This document shows, in pieces, positions 57,363 to 61,100 of a stretch of 61,100 nucleotides of DNA. The notes under the pieces are model-generated. The model was given only the letters and a program-made list of their open reading frames with translations, was not told where the DNA came from and made no database searches. Source of the DNA: Candidatus Aenigmatarchaeota archaeon (GTDB lineage Archaea > Aenigmatarchaeota > Aenigmatarchaeia > CG10238-14 > SpSt-28). A program made the translations under genes and the position numbers. The stretch spans positions 1 to 61,100 of the forward strand of contig JANXEV010000003.1 of the NCBI GenBank assembly GCA_025057985.1. The letters are read 5' to 3'. Numbering within the stretch: position 1 is the first letter of the stretch; every line of letters begins with the position of its first letter.

Positions 57363-60300
57363 CTAGAAATATCTTCTATAAATTAAGTAAAAAATTGGGA
57401 GGATTGAAAGAAGTAAGGTTGAGAGTAGGAGCCTGTCATTTAAAATGAAAAATCCAGTTAGACCTTCTCTTGATTCCTCTTTGAAATTCTCTTCAATGGT
57501 TTCATGTCCTTCCGGAACAAAATTTTTATTCGTTTTTTCGATATTTTGATTTTTGTTCATGGCAAAAGATTCATTTTTGATAGAAGTTTTTTCTTGAGCA
57601 TTAAAAATATTTAATTGGTTTTGGTCGATAGACTCATTAGAATTGTCATCGCTAACAATGTTTGTAGGATTTTTATAGGAGGAACCAAAGCCCTCTTTTT
57701 TAGAATCGCTAGCGAAACTACTAGAAGAACTCTCATCCGATTGATTATAATCCACTCGATCAGATTCGTTTAACTTACTGTTAGGTGATCCAGGAGTACC
57801 ACCTTCAACATAACTCTCCCTTAGGGTTAATGTCTCTTCATCTAATTCCAAACTTCTATTGTTGTCATATCCTCCGAAATCCTTAGAGTAGAAAATTTTG
57901 TGAATAGTGTTTTTTGACGAATTTCTAATTTCTATGGTGTCGTTAGTGTTAAGCAAAGAAAAACTGGACTGAAATAAAGCTTTGCCAAAGTTCTTATACT
58001 CTTCCAAAAATCTAGTAGCATTGTTCGATATTATTGCATATTCTCCTGGTCGTAAAACGTAACTACCCATTTTAAGATAGATCCTATGGTTGCTGTTTTT
58101 GTTATAGAAATACCAGTTTGTTAGATTAACACTACAATCTCCATAGTTAAATATTTCTATCCACTCTCTACCGGCATCATTGCCTTTTGGGTTGTACATT
58201 ATTTCATTTATCCTAATCTTAGGTTGACAAATTTCTTCTTCTGGTTCATAAACTTCGAAAATTTCTTCTCTGGGGCCAGCTACCAAAGGATTTATTACTT
58301 CCAAAACAGCTTTGACCTTATATTTTCCATGAGTTTCTGGAGTGAAATTGAAATAAATCTCCATTTCTTTGTTTTCTAAAGTAAAATTGAGTGTAAAGTT
58401 AAAAGAATGTGAGGAATTGGAAATTTCTAAATACAAATTAGCCAGACCCTCGACTTTGCTGAATATTCTAAATTTTATAGTCGCGTTTTTACCGATTTCA
58501 ACATCTTCGGTTTCAATTTCAAAATCCAGAGGGGTTTCATAACTCATGGATATAGATACGTTTTTTACCAGAATTATCGATTTTTCAGTTTCGTTATAAA
58601 TTAAAGAAGGAACCACAACTTCTATTTCTTTTCTTCCGTCCAAAGTTTGATCTATTCTAACCCCATAGCTTTTCACCGTAATTTTTGTCTTGTTTGGTTC
58701 AAAACTTTTCCCAGCATGTGAAATGGCGCTAATTTTGGGTAAAGTGGCATTGAAGACTTTTTCTTGAACTAAATTCACTTTTACGTCCTTTTCTTCGATC
58801 GAAGAATTTCCAGGAAGATGGTACACAAACCTTTTAACAGGAATTATCGGTTCGTTTTCTTCTATCAAATTTTCGCTGGAGTTAATTTCTAAGTTACCGT
58901 TTTCGTATTTTATTTCAGGAGTAAATAAAACTTTCAACTCACATTTATCGTTACAACTGAAGTACTTTACCAACTCTTTATGTTCTAGTTTACCTTCTTT
59001 AGGAATAGAGGGATCACCATAGATTATAAACTCTAACAGAGTTTTGGATTTTATACCAGGCTTATTTAGGTTTAATAAATCTAACGTAAGGAAGTCAGAA
59101 AGAAAACTGTTATGAGCGTACTTGAAAGCTTCTCCTAAGGTTTCTCCTTTAGAGAAAAACCTAGATGATAATTCTCCTGTGAATGGCGAGTAATTTATAG
59201 CAGATGCTCCGATAAAGCTTGCAGATCCTTTTTTCAAAAATTCATCTTTCATACTCCCGATGCCAGCGAAATCAGAATTATCCCAAACAATTCTTGCTTT
59301 CAAGTAGGGAATGTCTTCCTTTTTAAACATTCTACTACCATTATACTGATAGTTAGAAATTTGTTGAATCCAAAAACTGTAACTTAAAATGTTGCTATTT
59401 TGTTCGAAGTTGTTTGGTAATATCCATAAACTACCGTTCCCTAAGCCTTCATAAAAAATTATAGAAGCTTCAGGCATGTGATTTTTTAGATTTGTTTCAT
59501 TCAGTTCTGGCCAAGGGGTCGGCCAAAGTAGAGATACAATGTTTATTATATCGTCGATGTGAAGTGTTTCATTGTTGGATTCTTTTTGTTCTAGATATTG
59601 TAAAACATTCATATAATTTTCCGCGAATTTACTCCAGTCGTACTCAAAATAACACATTAGAGATTCTGAAGAAAATTCTAAACCTTTTAAAACTAGCAGT
59701 GTATTAACTAGAGCTGTCGATAGAGTTGAAGAGATGAATTTCTCTAAAGTTCTTTTCAAACCCTCATATGTTATGATAAACTTTATGATTTCACTAGGTT
59801 TTAAGTCGTTTAAGAATAACAAGTGATTTACTCTTCTCTCTACCAATCTAGTGACGTTGTATCCTTTACTTTCTAAAATTTCAGCAACATTCCTACCGTT
59901 CAACATTCCGCCACCAGCGTAGAGAAGTACGTTTAAAAAGTTTTGGTGTAAGTATTCACTAGCTACCAAAGCATTTTTGGTCGTATCGAGAAAAGACCTA
60001 GAGAAAACTAAGGAAGCTAAAGATTGATCTTCCGACAATCTTCCGAAAGAAAAATCAAGATAACCATCGTTGTTGACGTCTGCGTATATCACATCGGATA
60101 ATAATTTACTACCGTCTTCCTCATCGGCAACGTCTATAAAACCGAGAAATTTTTGTTTTTCAACAGGATCATCTACTAAAAAATGAGGAACACCAAACAA
60201 TAATAGATAGTTGCCTTTTAATATGTTTTTTGAGTTGTTGAATAAAAAGTTGTGAAGATTCAATTTTTTAACTTTTTCATTTAGCTTGTTTTTTACTATT

Positions 60301-61100
60301 GATGCGTTAGTTGAGTTAATAAAAATTATAAATCCGTTTTTGATTGAAGAAATTACAGATGAGTAAGGTGAGTTAGTTAGAATAATGTAGTTGAGAGTTA
60401 GGTTTTTTTCTTTAGCAAGCTTAAGGTAAAAGTTTTCAATTTCTTCCGTGGAATTTTTTGAGAAATCTAAAAGTGCATTTTCCTTTGAATAAACTATTGG
60501 AATGTTTAGGAGAGAAGCGATTTGAGATGAGATTAAATATTTTTCGAATGAATCGGCATAAACTCCTGAGGTTTGGTCAAAAAACATAGCCAGTTCTTCT
60601 AACTCGATTTTCGTACCATTGTAGTTAACGTTTCCTAAGAGAAAAACTTCTTCTGGTTTGTAACTTTCGACAAAAAAATCTATATAATCTTTATATTCTG
60701 GTTTGTAAACTATGGTTGGGATTTTGAGCGGAGAAAGTGCTAATATATTCTTCCAATTTTCGTCTGTAATGAACAAAGTTTTGTTGTAAATTGAGGGTTT
60801 TCTGATGGAATAGCAGAGGGTTTTATTTGGATTTAGTTCACCAAATTCTTGGGCACAAAATTCAATAAAATCATATTGTGTAATACTACATAATGCTGAA
60901 TTTATTCCTATACCTATTATTTCTTTATTGTATGTATCATGTTTTGTGAATACTAACTTTTTATTAAAATATCCATACCATTGGTCTTTAAATTTTATTA
61001 TCAAAAATTCGTAATATTCTCCAGGTATTATATCATATCCCCCTAATTTTACTAATTCTAGATTATTATAAGAAAATATAAAAGATTTACTATACCCATC
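57363..61100 (-). CDS. Giant membrane-anchored surface protein: gingipain(C25)-like, Ig-like and lamin-tail domains; 5'-truncated by the window edge
   Basis: The frame stays open upstream of the track's TTG (61004) to 61100. C25-like motifs SDVIYAD..FGRL, GETLG, YGDPS; LTD motifs INEIMYNP, EWIEIFN, GTPG; C-terminal TGFFI plus TM. Confidence 0.88.
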   Translation of the reverse strand, partial: DGYSKSFIFSYNNLELVKLGGYDIIPGEYYEFLIIKFKDQWYGYFNKKLVFTKHDTYNKEIIGIGINSALCSITQYDFIEFCAQEFGELNPNKTLCYSIRKPSIYNKTLFITDENWKNILALSPLKIPTIVYKPEYKDYIDFFVESYKPEEVFLLGNVNYNGTKIELEELAMFFDQTSGVYADSFEKYLISSQIASLLNIPIVYSKENALLDFSKNSTEEIENFYLKLAKEKNLTLNYIILTNSPYSSVISSIKNGFIIFINSTNASIVKNKLNEKVKKLNLHNFLFNNSKNILKGNYLLLFGVPHFLVDDPVEKQKFLGFIDVADEEDGSKLLSDVIYADVNNDGYLDFSFGRLSEDQSLASLVFSRSFLDTTKNALVASEYLHQNFLNVLLYAGGGMLNGRNVAEILESKGYNVTRLVERRVNHLLFLNDLKPSEIIKFIITYEGLKRTLEKFISSTLSTALVNTLLVLKGLEFSSESLMCYFEYDWSKFAENYMNVLQYLEQKESNNETLHIDDIINIVSLLWPTPWPELNETNLKNHMPEASIIFYEGLGNGSLWILPNNFEQNSNILSYSFWIQQISNYQYNGSRMFKKEDIPYLKARIVWDNSDFAGIGSMKDEFLKKGSASFIGASAINYSPFTGELSSRFFSKGETLGEAFKYAHNSFLSDFLTLDLLNLNKPGIKSKTLLEFIIYGDPSIPKEGKLEHKELVKYFSCNDKCELKVLFTPEIKYENGNLEINSSENLIEENEPIIPVKRFVYHLPGNSSIEEKDVKVNLVQEKVFNATLPKISAISHAGKSFEPNKTKITVKSYGVRIDQTLDGRKEIEVVVPSLIYNETEKSIILVKNVSISMSYETPLDFEIETEDVEIGKNATIKFRIFSKVEGLANLYLEISNSSHSFNFTLNFTLENKEMEIYFNFTPETHGKYKVKAVLEVINPLVAGPREEIFEVYEPEEEICQPKIRINEIMYNPKGNDAGREWIEIFNYGDCSVNLTNWYFYNKNSNHRIYLKMGSYVLRPGEYAIISNNATRFLEEYKNFGKALFQSSFSLLNTNDTIEIRNSSKNTIHKIFYSKDFGGYDNNRSLELDEETLTLRESYVEGGTPGSPNSKLNESDRVDYNQSDESSSSSFASDSKKEGFGSSYKNPTNIVSDDNSNESIDQNQLNIFNAQEKTSIKNESFAMNKNQNIEKTNKNFVPEGHETIEENFKEESREGLTGFFILNDRLLLSTLLLSILPIFYLIYRRYF

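Noticed and set aside
1103-59707. Many short ORF-track entries antisense to or nested in identified genes (for example 2127-2378, 11117-11620, 24500-24919, 35041-35541, 56205-56681)
   Set aside because: Typical shadow ORFs with Ser/Phe/Ile-biased composition and no recognisable motifs.

Overview
61.1 kb of chromosome from an AT-rich, compact archaeon. Gene content and fragmented operons point to a DPANN lineage, most like Aenigmarchaeota (inference, not a database result). An intact reverse gyrase indicates a thermophile, and a superoxide reductase/rubredoxin/peroxiredoxin cluster suggests an anaerobe. Most of the window is housekeeping: the ftsZ-secE-spt5-rpl11-rpl1-rpl10-rpl12 block, the distal spc block (rps8 to secY, rpl14e), rps13-rps4-rps11, rpl7ae-rps28e-rpl24e, gltX, thiI, gap, rpoN/rpoK, iscS, tRNA-Arg(TCG) and tRNA-Ala(TGC). 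The most unusual part is 41.9-47.4 kb. It holds a 28-bp 11-6-11 inverted repeat matching archaeal dif sites (43792-43819; a XerA-like recombinase lies at 24831-25760) and a degenerate second dif-like copy 5 bp away. About 0.9 kb to the left is a coiled-coil/wHTH gene whose coding sequence carries a 10-bp-periodic GTATCG array, set between T-rich non-coding flanks that share motifs. To the right are a Cas2/PaaX-like mini-protein, a 1238-bp single-gene segment bounded by a perfect 61-bp direct repeat, a C39-like cysteine protease and two distant paralogues of unknown function. This looks like a replication-terminus island, possibly with an undescribed terminus-organising module. I added features missing from the ORF track: rubredoxin, rpl24e, a 48-aa ORF and two edge-truncated genes. 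There is no rRNA, CRISPR array or recognisable provirus. All assignments come from reading motifs by eye; no searches were run.
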